A program made the position numbers and the translations under genes. From Candidatus Saccharibacteria bacterium RIFCSPHIGHO2_12_FULL_47_16b (lineage in GTDB: Bacteria; Patescibacteriota; Saccharimonadia; Saccharimonadales; UBA10212), in NCBI GenBank assembly GCA_001790525.1, contig MGCU01000019.1, forward strand, positions 1 to 58,238: a stretch of DNA of 58,238 bases, written 5' to 3'. Below, one piece after another: positions 18,475 to 29,000 of the stretch (position 1 is the stretch's first letter; each line of letters begins with the position of its first letter). The notes beneath the pieces were generated by a model. That model did no database searches and was not told where the DNA came from. It saw only the letters and a program-made list of their open reading frames with translations.

Positions 18475-18538
18475 CATCAACTGTGACTATAGCTTATCTC
18501 TAACTAAATAGCAAGCGGCCTCTGATACAATAAACCAA

Positions 18539-21121
18539 ATGGCTAAAAAAGCTAGTCGGCTGTTTTTGAATTTTCAGCCGGAAAAATTCTTGCTTCAATT
18601 ATCAATTGATCCGGACAAAATGATCTTTGACGGCCATGTGGTAATTAGCGGCAAAAAAACTGGCTCGCCGTCAAAGCGGCTGACCTTTCATCAAAAAGAT
18701 TTAAAAATAACTGATGCTAAAATCAGCCGAATCGATAAATCAACGAACGACAATATTGAAATTGCTCGGATTAACCTTCATAAAAGTTTTGAAGAAGTCC
18801 GTCTGCATACCAATGAGATTTTATATCCTGGCCAATACCGCATTGAAATAACTTTTTCCGGCCGCGTTAGCGATGCCATGCATGGTATTTACCCCTGCTA
18901 CTATGACAAGCGTCGCCAGAAGTTAATCGCCACCCAGTTTGAAAGTCATTATGCCCGCGAAGCCTTCCCTTGCATTGATGAGCCAGAAGCCAAAGCCGTT
19001 TTTGAACTAACGCTGGAAACGCCGGCCGGCCAAACAGTTTTGGGTAATACGCCAATCAAAAATCAAAAATCAAAAATCAATAAACAAATAACAGAGTTTG
19101 AACCGAGCCCCAAAATGAGCACTTATCTTTTGGCATTTGCTTTTGGGAAACTTAAATATAAGGAATCCAAAACTAACAGCGGTATTAAAGTTCGCGCTTA
19201 TGCCACACCGGCCAACTATAAACTGCTGGATTTTGCGCTGGACACGGCTGTCCGCTGTGTTGATTTTTTTGAAAATTACTTTCAAACACCGTACCCGCTA
19301 GCCAAACTTGATTTTATTGGACTACCTGATTTTTCTTCTGGCGCCATGGAAAACTGGGGTTTAATTACTTTTCGCGAAAGCCTTTTTTTGGTCGATGAAA
19401 AGTCAACCTCGATTGAAACTAAGCAGCTGGCAGCTTTGGTAATTGCTCACGAAATTTCCCATCAGTGGTTTGGCAACCTCGTGACTATGCGCTGGTGGGA
19501 TGATCTTTGGCTGAATGAAAGTTTTGCCAATCTGATGGAATACGTTGCCGTTGATAGGCTTTTTCCAAAGTGGCGTATTTTTGAGCAATTCATCAATGGC
19601 GAAATGGCAGCCGCTTTTCGGCGCGACAGCTTGCCCCACGTTCAGGCCATTCGAACCAAAGTCCGCCACCCAGACGAATTGTCTACTTTATTTGACCCGG
19701 CCATTGTTTATGCTAAAGGCGGTTGTATTTTGCATATGGTTCGCAATCTAATTGGCGACGAAGCCTTTCGCCAGGGGCTAAAAATTTATTTTAAAAAACA
19801 CAAATTCAACAATACCGAGGCTAGTGATTTATGGCAGGCCTTAAGCTCGGCGACTAAAATCAATGTCGACAGTTTTATGGAAGGTTGGTTACATCAGCCG
19901 GGCTTTCCGTTGGTTGAGGTCGATTATCAGCCCGGCTCAATGACTTTTAAGGCAACTCAACAAAGGTTAGTAGCCGGCCGCCGTAGCTCAATCGATTCGA
20001 CTATTTGGCAGGTTCCGCTAGCGCTTTCTGCTCCTGATAAGCGACTACTTTCAGATAAAGAGTCCACTTTTAAATTAGGTGAGAGTCTACCGACACTGAT
20101 TTTTAATGATGAAGCTCAAAGTTATTACCTGCCTTTTTATCGTAATCAAGCTCATCTTCAGTCTATTATTCAAGCTGTATCCAAAAAATCACTTAGTATC
20201 GTCAACCGGCTGCAACTAGTAACCGCCTATAACTTATTGGAAAAGGCCCTGATTGTTCAAAATGCTGACAATCTAGAGTTACTTTTGGCTTACCAATCTG
20301 AAGTTGAAGAACCTGTTTGGAATGTTATGTCGGCTGTACTTGGTGATGCCAAGAGACTGATTATTGGTCAAAAGTCGGATGAGCAAAATCTCAATTTCTA
20401 TATTGCCGGCCTGGTAGATAGTCTGGTTAAGCAACTTGGCTTCGAAGGTCGGCAACCAGAAACGGCTCAAACTAAACGACTAAGAAGTCTGGCTTTGTCA
20501 TTAGCCGCCAGCGCCGAGGTAGCCGATGTCCTACTCGAAGGCCATAAACGTTTTGCCGCCTTTCAGAAACCGTCTGATCTAGCGGCCGACATTAGAGATG
20601 TTGTTTATTACATCACTGCCAGATTTGGTTCGTCAGCTGATTTTAATAAGCTGGTAAAGATTTATAAGGCTCTAGAAAATGCTGATGAAAAGAACGAAAT
20701 TGCTGGCGCACTCTCATCCACTAGAAATGATAACCAAATCAAAACGCTTCTAAGCATGATGACAACCGATGATGTCAGACGGCAAGACACAACTAGCTGG
20801 TTTATAAGTCTGCTAAGCAATTATTATGCCCGAGACTTAACTTGGCGGTGGTTAGTTGATAATTGGGATTTTATTGAAGTTAACTTTGCCGGCGATAAAA
20901 GTTATAGCACTTTTCCTAAGTACGCCGCAGCTGTTTTATCGCGACCAAATGAGCTAGTAAATTACAAAAGATTCTTTGAGCCGAAATTAAAAGTACTGGC
21001 GCTGGAACGAGCTATAAGCCTTGGCATTGAAGAGATCGAGGCGCGGATTGCCTGGCGTAAATATAACGAAGCCACCACTAAAAAATGGCTAGCTCGTTTT
21101 ACTGAAGGTCCGACCTTGTAA
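18539..21121 (+). CDS. pepN: M1 family aminopeptidase
   Basis: TQFE, AFPCIDEP, GAMENWG, HEISH-x18-E (LWLNES), YAKG, ERAP1-like C-terminus. Confidence 0.95.
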   Translation: MAKKASRLFLNFQPEKFLLQLSIDPDKMIFDGHVVISGKKTGSPSKRLTFHQKDLKITDAKISRIDKSTNDNIEIARINLHKSFEEVRLHTNEILYPGQYRIEITFSGRVSDAMHGIYPCYYDKRRQKLIATQFESHYAREAFPCIDEPEAKAVFELTLETPAGQTVLGNTPIKNQKSKINKQITEFEPSPKMSTYLLAFAFGKLKYKESKTNSGIKVRAYATPANYKLLDFALDTAVRCVDFFENYFQTPYPLAKLDFIGLPDFSSGAMENWGLITFRESLFLVDEKSTSIETKQLAALVIAHEISHQWFGNLVTMRWWDDLWLNESFANLMEYVAVDRLFPKWRIFEQFINGEMAAAFRRDSLPHVQAIRTKVRHPDELSTLFDPAIVYAKGGCILHMVRNLIGDEAFRQGLKIYFKKHKFNNTEASDLWQALSSATKINVDSFMEGWLHQPGFPLVEVDYQPGSMTFKATQQRLVAGRRSSIDSTIWQVPLALSAPDKRLLSDKESTFKLGESLPTLIFNDEAQSYYLPFYRNQAHLQSIIQAVSKKSLSIVNRLQLVTAYNLLEKALIVQNADNLELLLAYQSEVEEPVWNVMSAVLGDAKRLIIGQKSDEQNLNFYIAGLVDSLVKQLGFEGRQPETAQTKRLRSLALSLAASAEVADVLLEGHKRFAAFQKPSDLAADIRDVVYYITARFGSSADFNKLVKIYKALENADEKNEIAGALSSTRNDNQIKTLLSMMTTDDVRRQDTTSWFISLLSNYYARDLTWRWLVDNWDFIEVNFAGDKSYSTFPKYAAAVLSRPNELVNYKRFFEPKLKVLALERAISLGIEEIEARIAWRKYNEATTKKWLARFTEGPTL

Positions 21122-21184
21122 AAAGCAAAGTGATTTTATGCAAAATCACTAGATTTTACCTCTATTTTTACAAGGTCGGACCTT
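21105..21184. repeat. palindromic element with perfect 20-bp terminal inverted repeat
   Basis: aaggtccgaccttgtaaaaa / tttttacaaggtcggacctt; internal agtgatttt/aaaatcact hairpin. Confidence 0.9.
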
Positions 21185-21186
21185 AC

Positions 21187-21528
21187 CTAGTCGATTTCAA
21201 CTAGGTTAATTTCGCTAAAGTTAGAGCCTGAAACTTCGGCGCCGATTATTCGATAGTCGCCATCGTAATTATGGTCTTGATTCCAAATCCTAGCCGCAAA
21301 TTTTAGCTGGTTTAGTTTGTGTGGTGTGATATGTTCAAGACCGCCGCCTTGATCATCGGCCTGCCGGTATTTGACCTCGACAAAATATATCACGTCTTTT
21401 TTACGAGCGACGATGTCTAGCTCACAAACTTTGGTTTTCCAGTTGCGATTAAGGATATTAAAACCATCCTTCTTCAAATGTTCGGCGACAGCTGCTTCGG
21501 CTCTTGAACCAGTTGTTAATTTTGCCAT
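21187..21528 (-). CDS. YraN (UPF0102) family protein
   Basis: G..AE..VAEHLKKDG..ILNRNW...ELDIVA...FVEVK; canonical position after rnhB. Confidence 0.92.
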   Translation of the reverse strand: MAKLTTGSRAEAAVAEHLKKDGFNILNRNWKTKVCELDIVARKKDVIYFVEVKYRQADDQGGGLEHITPHKLNQLKFAARIWNQDHNYDGDYRIIGAEVSGSNFSEINLVEID

Positions 21529-22094
21529 AGCTCCAACTCGTACAGACGATAGATCGGTTCAAACAATTGGCGATGGATTCGTTTGAGTGCCCCAAACCGA
21601 TCTAGCGCCTGAAGGTGCTCGGGGGTAGCATAGCCAACATGCGATTCAAAGCCGTATCGCGGATGACGTTTGCCAAGTTCGATCATAAAGCGATCGCGCA
21701 GCACCTTGGCATAAATTGAGGCGGCCGAAACGATTGGAACTTTCAAGTCAGCATCAATCAGACACTGGATTCGTTTGTAGCGCCGCGAAAAATAATTTAT
21801 TGGCCCGTCCATGATAATTTCATCTTGATAGTTAACTTTTAATGACCGCAGAGCTCGTTTTAAGCCGAGCTTTTGGGCGCCGGTTAGCCCCAGGCGATCA
21901 ATCTCCACGGCTTTGACCCAACCCTCGCCGAATTGGAAGTTGGAAGTTAGAGGTTCGAATATGGTTTCTCTTTGAACTCGCGTCAGAAGTTTAGAATCTG
22001 TCAGGCCGTCGGGCAGCTCGCCGGTTTGGCGGGTGGCTACAACCAGTAGCGGACCAGCTAATGATCCTCTGCCCACCTCGTCGACGCCAATCAT
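21516..22094 (-). CDS. rnhB: ribonuclease HII
   Basis: GVDEVGRGSLAGP, LTDSKLL, SAASIYAKVLRD, GYATPEH. Confidence 0.96.
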   Translation of the reverse strand: MIGVDEVGRGSLAGPLLVVATRQTGELPDGLTDSKLLTRVQRETIFEPLTSNFQFGEGWVKAVEIDRLGLTGAQKLGLKRALRSLKVNYQDEIIMDGPINYFSRRYKRIQCLIDADLKVPIVSAASIYAKVLRDRFMIELGKRHPRYGFESHVGYATPEHLQALDRFGALKRIHRQLFEPIYRLYELELWQN

Positions 22095-22153
22095 AATTAT
22101 TAGGGTATAGGGTTTAGGGATTAGGGTCTATTGTTATTTTGTCTACTTGGCAA

Positions 22154-22786
22154 TTATTTTTCTTTGTTTTGAGGCTCGGCTGGACCTTGGGCGGCAGCTT
22201 TTTCTTTCGGCTGTTCTTCAATTTTGTCGGCTTCGGCTTTTAAGGGTTCAAGTGACTCTTCGGGGGTAGAAGTTGGTTCGTGCTTAGACAGCAATTCTTT
22301 AACTTTAGCTTCACGTTTGGCTTCTTCTTCGGCTTTGGCCGCTTCGGCTTCTTTATGGGCTTTGGCTTGTTCTTCCTTAATTTTAGTCTCTTCAGTAGTG
22401 GCAGCTTCATCCTCGATAGTGCCAACAGCCTCACGGTCAAACTTAACGCCCGTCAGTCTAGCACCTTTGCCGCGTAAGCCACGCATATAACTAAGGTAAT
22501 TACGGCGAACTTTGCTTCTTTTAGTAACTTCAATCTTGGTTACGCTTGGTGAATGAAGAAGATAGGTTTTTTCAACGCCCACACCGCTGGCAATTCGTCG
22601 AACTGTAAAGTTAGCGGTTGAACTGGCCATTCGTTTGGTCCTAATAACAGTGCCTTCAAAGACCTGAACCCGAGTTTTACCCGCCTCCAGCACCTTTTGA
22701 TGCACTCTAACTGTATCGCCGGACCGTACATCGACTGTCGACTTCCGCTTTAGGCCCTGCTCGATAAGTTGAATCGGATTTTCCAT
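22154..22786 (-). CDS. rplS: 50S ribosomal protein L19 with long charged C-terminal extension
   Basis: GDTVRVH, RVQVFEGTVI, FTVRRIASGVGVEKT, KVRRNYLSYMR. Confidence 0.96.
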   Translation of the reverse strand: MENPIQLIEQGLKRKSTVDVRSGDTVRVHQKVLEAGKTRVQVFEGTVIRTKRMASSTANFTVRRIASGVGVEKTYLLHSPSVTKIEVTKRSKVRRNYLSYMRGLRGKGARLTGVKFDREAVGTIEDEAATTEETKIKEEQAKAHKEAEAAKAEEEAKREAKVKELLSKHEPTSTPEESLEPLKAEADKIEEQPKEKAAAQGPAEPQNKEK

Positions 22787-22827
22787 AGGCTTTAAGTTAC
22801 GCTAATAGATTGTAAATCGCAAATCTT

Positions 22828-24426
22828 TTACTCAACAACCCTGTAAATTTCTTCGATAGCAGTTAGCCCGGCCGCAGCTTTTAATACACCGTCTTGCAGC
22901 ATAGTCCGCATACCTTCTGCGACAGCCTTTGCCTCCAGCGCTTCGGTAGTTATTTGATTGGCCGGCAGTTTGAGCATATCACGTACGCCGGGCGTCATAA
23001 TCAACTGTTCACGCAAGGCTAGCTGGCCGGAAAAGCCAAATGGATTCTCGGCCGACTTGCCCGGCCTATATAGGGTCAGACGATTGATGTCTGGTCTTTC
23101 AATATCCGGTGGCAAACTATCAATAACTTTCTTAAGTTGAGCCTTTAGAGCCTCATCGGGAACGTAGGGTTGCTTGGTCGCATCGTCCAAACGCCTGACC
23201 AAACGTTGAGCCATAATCAAGCGCATGGCGCTGGCAAACAGTGGATTAATACCCACCATATCGAGCATTCGGGTTAAGGCGGCAGCGGCGCTGGCAGCGT
23301 GGAAAGTACTCATTACTAAATGGCCGGTCAAAGCGCCTTGCAGGGCCGTTTTAGCGGTATCTTGGTCGCGAATCTCGCCGACCATGACTACATCCGGGTC
23401 CAGCCTCAAAACGGCTCGTAGTTTCTCGGCAAAACTTTGGCCTTCCAGTTCGCCGTGGACCGGAATTTGGGTGACGCCGGGCATATTATATTCAACTGGG
23501 TCTTCCAAGGTGATAATTTTCCGCTCCGGTTGATTGAGGGTGTTAATCAGCGCATAAAGCGTGGTGGTCTTCCCCGAGCCAGTCGGTCCAACCACCAGTA
23601 CCATGCCGGTTGGATGTTGAATAATATCATTAACAATGACGGACTCTTGCTCACTTAGACCAAGATTAGCTAAGACAAAATAGTCAAGTTTGAGATTAAA
23701 CAGGCGCATGACCACATCCATGCCATAGACGGTAGGAATAGTCTCAACCCTCAAGTTGAGAGTAACCTCCTGGTCGGTAGCCAGTTTATAAGTACGGCTA
23801 ATATGGCCAGATTGAGCCTCGGCCGCGTCGGTTGAAACATCGGCCGCGCTGGCCACAACTGACAAAAGATGGCGGTATTTTTCATAGGCAAGATAAGCTA
23901 CCGGGTGTAAAACGCCATCCACCCGAAAACGAATTCTGACATTTTGGCGCTGGCACTCTAAATGGATATCACTGGCCTTCAAACGAAAAGCCTGCTGGAC
24001 AAGATAGGCCAGCATGTCATCCGGCCGGACCTTTTCTAGCGTGGCGCTGACGTCGGCCACAATATCAGTAGTTTCGACTGGACTGATGGAAATGTTCTGA
24101 TATTCAACCTTTTTGGGCGGATCATATAGCAACATGTACTCGCGATAGCCGGCTTCAGAAATGATAAAGAAATCCGTTCGAAAATCGGAAAAGCGATCGC
24201 GTAATTTATCGATTGTCTGTTGAGCAGTCGTAGTGGTTATGCCAAAACGGATATGATGCTCATCTCCGTAAAGCGGAATAACCTTTAGCTCGTACATCTC
24301 TTTGACAGGCAAAATGTCTTTATAAAGTTGTTTAGTTAGCTGACGGGTATCGGCATAGTTTAAACCCAACAGATGCGCCCGGCGCTGGGTCAGCTGCTCA
24401 TCTTTGGTTCGTTGATCAACAGGCAT
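22828..24426 (-). CDS. GspE/PulE/PilB family secretion/pilus ATPase
   Basis: ASDIHLE, RFRVDGVL, GPTGSGKTT, TLEDPVEY, LRLDPDVVMVGEIRD, TGHLVMSTFH. Confidence 0.93.
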   Translation of the reverse strand: MPVDQRTKDEQLTQRRAHLLGLNYADTRQLTKQLYKDILPVKEMYELKVIPLYGDEHHIRFGITTTTAQQTIDKLRDRFSDFRTDFFIISEAGYREYMLLYDPPKKVEYQNISISPVETTDIVADVSATLEKVRPDDMLAYLVQQAFRLKASDIHLECQRQNVRIRFRVDGVLHPVAYLAYEKYRHLLSVVASAADVSTDAAEAQSGHISRTYKLATDQEVTLNLRVETIPTVYGMDVVMRLFNLKLDYFVLANLGLSEQESVIVNDIIQHPTGMVLVVGPTGSGKTTTLYALINTLNQPERKIITLEDPVEYNMPGVTQIPVHGELEGQSFAEKLRAVLRLDPDVVMVGEIRDQDTAKTALQGALTGHLVMSTFHAASAAAALTRMLDMVGINPLFASAMRLIMAQRLVRRLDDATKQPYVPDEALKAQLKKVIDSLPPDIERPDINRLTLYRPGKSAENPFGFSGQLALREQLIMTPGVRDMLKLPANQITTEALEAKAVAEGMRTMLQDGVLKAAAGLTAIEEIYRVVE

Positions 24427-24501
24427 AGCACTATTATATGCTTACGCTTATAAAAACCTCAAAGCTTTAAGCTTTTGACTTTTTTGCTTTAAGCTAGAAC
24501 C

Positions 24502-24996
24502 ATGACTAAGCTGGTTTTAATTATTCATAACGTCCGTTCGGCCCATAACGTCGGTTCAATGCTAAGAACCGCCGATGGTCTTGGGATTGAAGAGGTTTAC
24601 CTGACTGGCTATACGCCGTACCCACCGGCCGTCAATGATAAGCGCTTGCCCCACATCAGACAATCAACTGGCCGCCGGATTCATAAAACCGCGCTTGGCG
24701 CTGAAAAAACAGTCAAATGGCAACATACGTCCAATGTCAAAAAATTAATCAAAGATTTAAAACTCAAGGGTTTTACAGTCGCCGCCCTTGAGCAAACCGC
24801 CGGAGCCTTAGACATAAGCAAATACCATTCAGACTCGGCCATGGCTCTTTTAGTTGGCACTGAAACAACAGGCTTAGTCGCCGAAATTATTGCTTTATGC
24901 GACGACGCCCTAATGATTCCCATGCTCGGCCAAAAAGAATCATTTAACGTTGCCGTCGCGGCGGCCATAGCGCTCTACCATTTGCGCTACAAATAG
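24502..24996 (+). CDS. TrmH/SpoU family RNA methyltransferase
   Basis: HNVRSAHNVGSMLRTAD, LLVGTETTG, IPMLGQKESFNVAVA. Confidence 0.93.
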   Translation: MTKLVLIIHNVRSAHNVGSMLRTADGLGIEEVYLTGYTPYPPAVNDKRLPHIRQSTGRRIHKTALGAEKTVKWQHTSNVKKLIKDLKLKGFTVAALEQTAGALDISKYHSDSAMALLVGTETTGLVAEIIALCDDALMIPMLGQKESFNVAVAAAIALYHLRYK

Positions 24997-25099
24997 CAAT
25001 CAACAATCAGCAATAAATAATAAACCGGATCTTTGATTTTTTGCCTTTTATAGATAAATGTTTTTTGTTTATTGTTTATTGTTTATAATCATAAGCAAG

Positions 25100-26008
25100 A
25101 TGCCGGCTAAAATAAAAACCTATCAACCCCATTCCCACTACCATCCTTACAGGCCAAGGGGTGTTTCCAAAAGAGCCTTTCATCAAGTTTATTGGCCGTA
25201 CCTGCCACTTATCCTAATAATCGGTCTATTTTTGGGTTTGGGTCTACGAAATTCAGCCTTGCCGCAAGCCGCAAGTCAGCCTTTGGCAACAACCTTGTCT
25301 TATGCAGACACCATGCAACCTAACAGACTGATAGCCCAAACCAACCTAGAACGTCAGCAAGCCCAACTGCCAACTTTGCGATTCAGCGCCAAGCTGGCTG
25401 CTGCCGCCCAAACCAAGGCTGATGATATGGTTAGCCGCAATTACTGGAGTCATGATACGCCTGATGGCAGCCCGCCGTGGCTATTTGTGGCCAGGCAGTC
25501 ATACGGCTACAACAAACTCGGAGAGAATTTGGCCGCCGGCTTTAACGACGAGACTTCAACTGTAGCTGGTTGGATGGCCAGCGTAGCTCATCGCGATAAC
25601 ATTCTCGATCCCGGCTTTAGTGAGGTTGGCTTTGGCGTCGCCGAGAGCCAAAATTATTCTTCCGCCGGCGGCGGTCCGATGACTGTCGTTGTAGCCTTTT
25701 ATGCCCAACCTAATCAATTAGCTGGGCCAAAAATCAGTTTAGTCAAAGGCGCTCAAGTTTCATCAGAAACAACTGCAGCTCAACTTGCCTTTGCCAACTT
25801 GCCGGTCGCTGGCGTAGCCACCAATCTAGCTGTGGCTAGCTTGCTGGCAGCTATTTTCTTCTGGTTATCTCGTCACGTTCGCTCTTTTAGACGAGCCGTC
25901 AAACAAGGCGAAAAATTCTTCTTCAGACATCCGCTTTTTGACCTAGGGCTTTTAGTAATTGCCGCTATCGGCTATCTTCTAACCCAAACCACCGGACTAA
26001 TACACTAA
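25100..26008 (+). CDS. CAP (SCP) domain membrane protein
   Basis: TNLERQ, AAQTKADDM...YWSH, GENLA, WMASVAHRDNIL; start refined to ATG 25100. Confidence 0.88.
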   Translation: MPAKIKTYQPHSHYHPYRPRGVSKRAFHQVYWPYLPLILIIGLFLGLGLRNSALPQAASQPLATTLSYADTMQPNRLIAQTNLERQQAQLPTLRFSAKLAAAAQTKADDMVSRNYWSHDTPDGSPPWLFVARQSYGYNKLGENLAAGFNDETSTVAGWMASVAHRDNILDPGFSEVGFGVAESQNYSSAGGGPMTVVVAFYAQPNQLAGPKISLVKGAQVSSETTAAQLAFANLPVAGVATNLAVASLLAAIFFWLSRHVRSFRRAVKQGEKFFFRHPLFDLGLLVIAAIGYLLTQTTGLIH

Positions 26009-26088
26009 GCAGCAGTTAGAAACTAGGAATTAGTAACTAGCTTTCCAACTTCAATTCTTGCCATTTGCTACTTTCTAGCTGCTAATTA

Positions 26089-29000
26089 CTATTTTACGAT
26101 AACGTTGGTGGAACCAAAGATGGCAGCCAGGTCCCTTAAGGACTGCTCATTAACCTCAACAGCTTGGGGCAATTTGATGGCCTGCTTTTTTTCGCTCGGA
26201 CCGGTAACAATAATCACCTCGGTATCACCGCTGTGAACATCGAGTTTGGCTTTTAGGGCGGACAGGCGACCGTGGTCTTCGCTGTCTAACACCCGAATAT
26301 ACAGCTTTGCCTTGGGCTGATTGGCTACAGGCGTTGGCTTAGCCGAATTCTTTTTCTTAGCGGATGGCTTGGAGTCTTTGGCCTCATCGGCCGAGACTTC
26401 CTTGATTTCCTCGACGATAATTTTTAGCTCGCCCGCCCCCATTCTGGAGCTGTTATCAATTCGGCCTTTGACTAAAACAACTTGATCGAATTTAAGTTCG
26501 GTTGGCAGTTGTTTCAGGATCTTTGGGAAAACTATCAGCTCAATTTCGCCGGAAATATCAGCTATTCTAACAAAGGCCATCTTAGCACCGGAGCGAGTAA
26601 CAATCTCGCGCAGGCCATTAACAATGCCACCAACCGTAATCGACGAACCGTCTAAATTTGGCTCCAGCTCGGCAATGGCGATTGTATTACCTAAAAGAAA
26701 CTTCTCGTAATCTTTGAGCGGGTGGCTACTTAGATAAATTCCTAGCAGTTCCCTTTCCCAGTTAAGCTGATCGCGCGGCTTAAGTTGAGGCACGTCGGTT
26801 TGCAGGCTAAAGCTCGGCATTAGTGATTCAATCTGACCATTATCAAATAGATCGACTTGGCCGCTGGCCGCCGCCCGATGCAAACGCGCCGACAAAGCTA
26901 AAATATTATCAAGGTTATAGATTAGCTGGCTGCGATCGGCCAAGCTATCCAGCGCGCCGGCTTTGATTAAACTATCTAAGCCTTTGCGATTAACAATGTG
27001 CGGATCAACGCTTCTGCAAAAATCTTCAATTGAGCTAAAGCGGCCACCTAAACTTTGGCGGGCTCGCAGGATTTCCTCGACTGTCCCGTGACCAACATTC
27101 TTGATAGCGTCCAAACCGAAGCGGATTTGGTCTTTACCGGGAACGACCGCAAATTCATGAAAGGATTCATTTACGTCTGGTTGAAGTACTTCAATGCCGC
27201 GGTTGCGACACTCGGTAATTTCAATTGCCAGTCGATCAATATCATCGTAATCACTGGTCATTAAAGCCGCCATAAAGGCTGCCGGCCAGTTGGCCTTAAG
27301 ATAAGCCGTCTGATAGGCGATTAGGCCGTAGCAGGCGGAGTGCACTTTATTAAAACAATAGGCCGCAAAGTCCTCTAATTGTTTCCAGAATTTTTCCATT
27401 AACCGGCGGCTGACGCCTGATTTTTTAATAGCCCCTTCAATGAAATCAGCTTTTAGCTTAGCCATTACCTCTGGGTCTTTTTTGCCGATGGCTTTTCGTA
27501 AAGTGTCAGCTTGACCGCCGCTAAAGCCGCATAGTTCTTTTGATATCTGCATGACTTGTTCCTGATAGACGATTACGCCGTAAGTGTTTTCCAAAGCTTG
27601 TTTCATGAGAGGATGTAGATACTTGGCTTGGCGGTGACCGTGTTTGCGGGCAATAAAATCTTCAATCCACTGCATCGGACCCGGCCGATAAAGCGCCACC
27701 ATAGCGATAATATCCTCAAAAACAGTCGGCTTAAGCTGTTTTAAGTAGCGGCGCATGCCGTCCGATTCCAACTGAAAAACGCCAGTTGTCTCGCCGGCCT
27801 TGAGTAGCTCGAAAGTTTTTTTATCATTTAGCGGGATCTGGCTAATGTCAACCTCTTGGCCATAGACCTTTTTAACAATCCGCAGCGTATTTTTAATGAT
27901 GGTCAGGTTAGATAATCCCAAAAAATCAATTTTAAGTAAGCCTAGGTCTTCAACCGGATACATTGAATACTGGGTAGCAATAACGCCCTTTTGGGCCATT
28001 TCCAAGGGCACGAACTTGACAATCTCGTCAGGCGCAATAACTACGCCGGCGGCGTGAACGCCGTGAGAACGGATGGTGCCTTCTAGCTTCATAGCTAAAT
28101 CGAAAACCCGAACGGCTTGCGGGTTGGAGCTATATTCGGCCATCAGTTCCGGTACCTGCTCGAGGTGCTGGCTTAGCGGCGTGTGCCGGCCTTGAACTGG
28201 TGGTGGTATCATTTTGGCCAACCTATCGGCTTCAGCATAAGCAACTTGCAGGACCCGGGCGACATCACGAACCGAGTTACGAGCTGCCATCCGGCCAAAG
28301 GTAACAATATTAGCCACTCGGTCGCGGCCGAACTTGTCAATACAGTAATTAATCACTTCGTCACGGCGGTTATCCTGAATGTCAATGTCCATATCCGGCA
28401 TGCTAATGCGGTCTGGGTTTAAGAAGCGCTCGAACAACAAATCATACTCCAGCGGATCAATTTCGGTGATGCGCAGGCCGTAGGCCATAATTGAGCTAGC
28501 CGCACTGCCCCGGCCGGGACCAAAGACAATATCTCGGTCTTTGCCCCAGTTAATAAAATCAGCCACGATTAAAAAGTAGCCATTAAAGCCCATTTTATTA
28601 ACCACGCCAAGTTCAAACTCGGCTCGTTTGATAACTTCAGGTTTGAGTAATTTTTTGGTTTTGGCAACCGTTAATTTGGCGGCTTTGTCACGAGCCACAC
28701 CACCATAGCGCCAAGCCAAGCCTTGCCAAACCTGCTTTTCCAAAAGCGTTTTTTCGGTCTCGCCTTTGGGTGTCAGGAATTTGGGTATCAAAATTTCACC
28801 AAGTTTAATTTCGACGTTGCATCTTTCTGCTATAGCTTTAGTGTTAGCTATCAGTTCTGGGTGTGTAGTCTGCCAGCGTTCAATAATATCTTTTGGATCA
28901 GTTACAAACAGCTCAAAATCGGCTAGTGAAAACCGCTCTTTATCATCTAGGTAGGCGCCAGTTTGAATGCAAAGTAGAACCTCGTGGGCTTCCTGGTCTT

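Noticed and set aside
25058-25099. N-terminal extension of the CAP protein
   Set aside because: Translation of a heptamer repeat tract; ATG 25100 follows a TATAAT box
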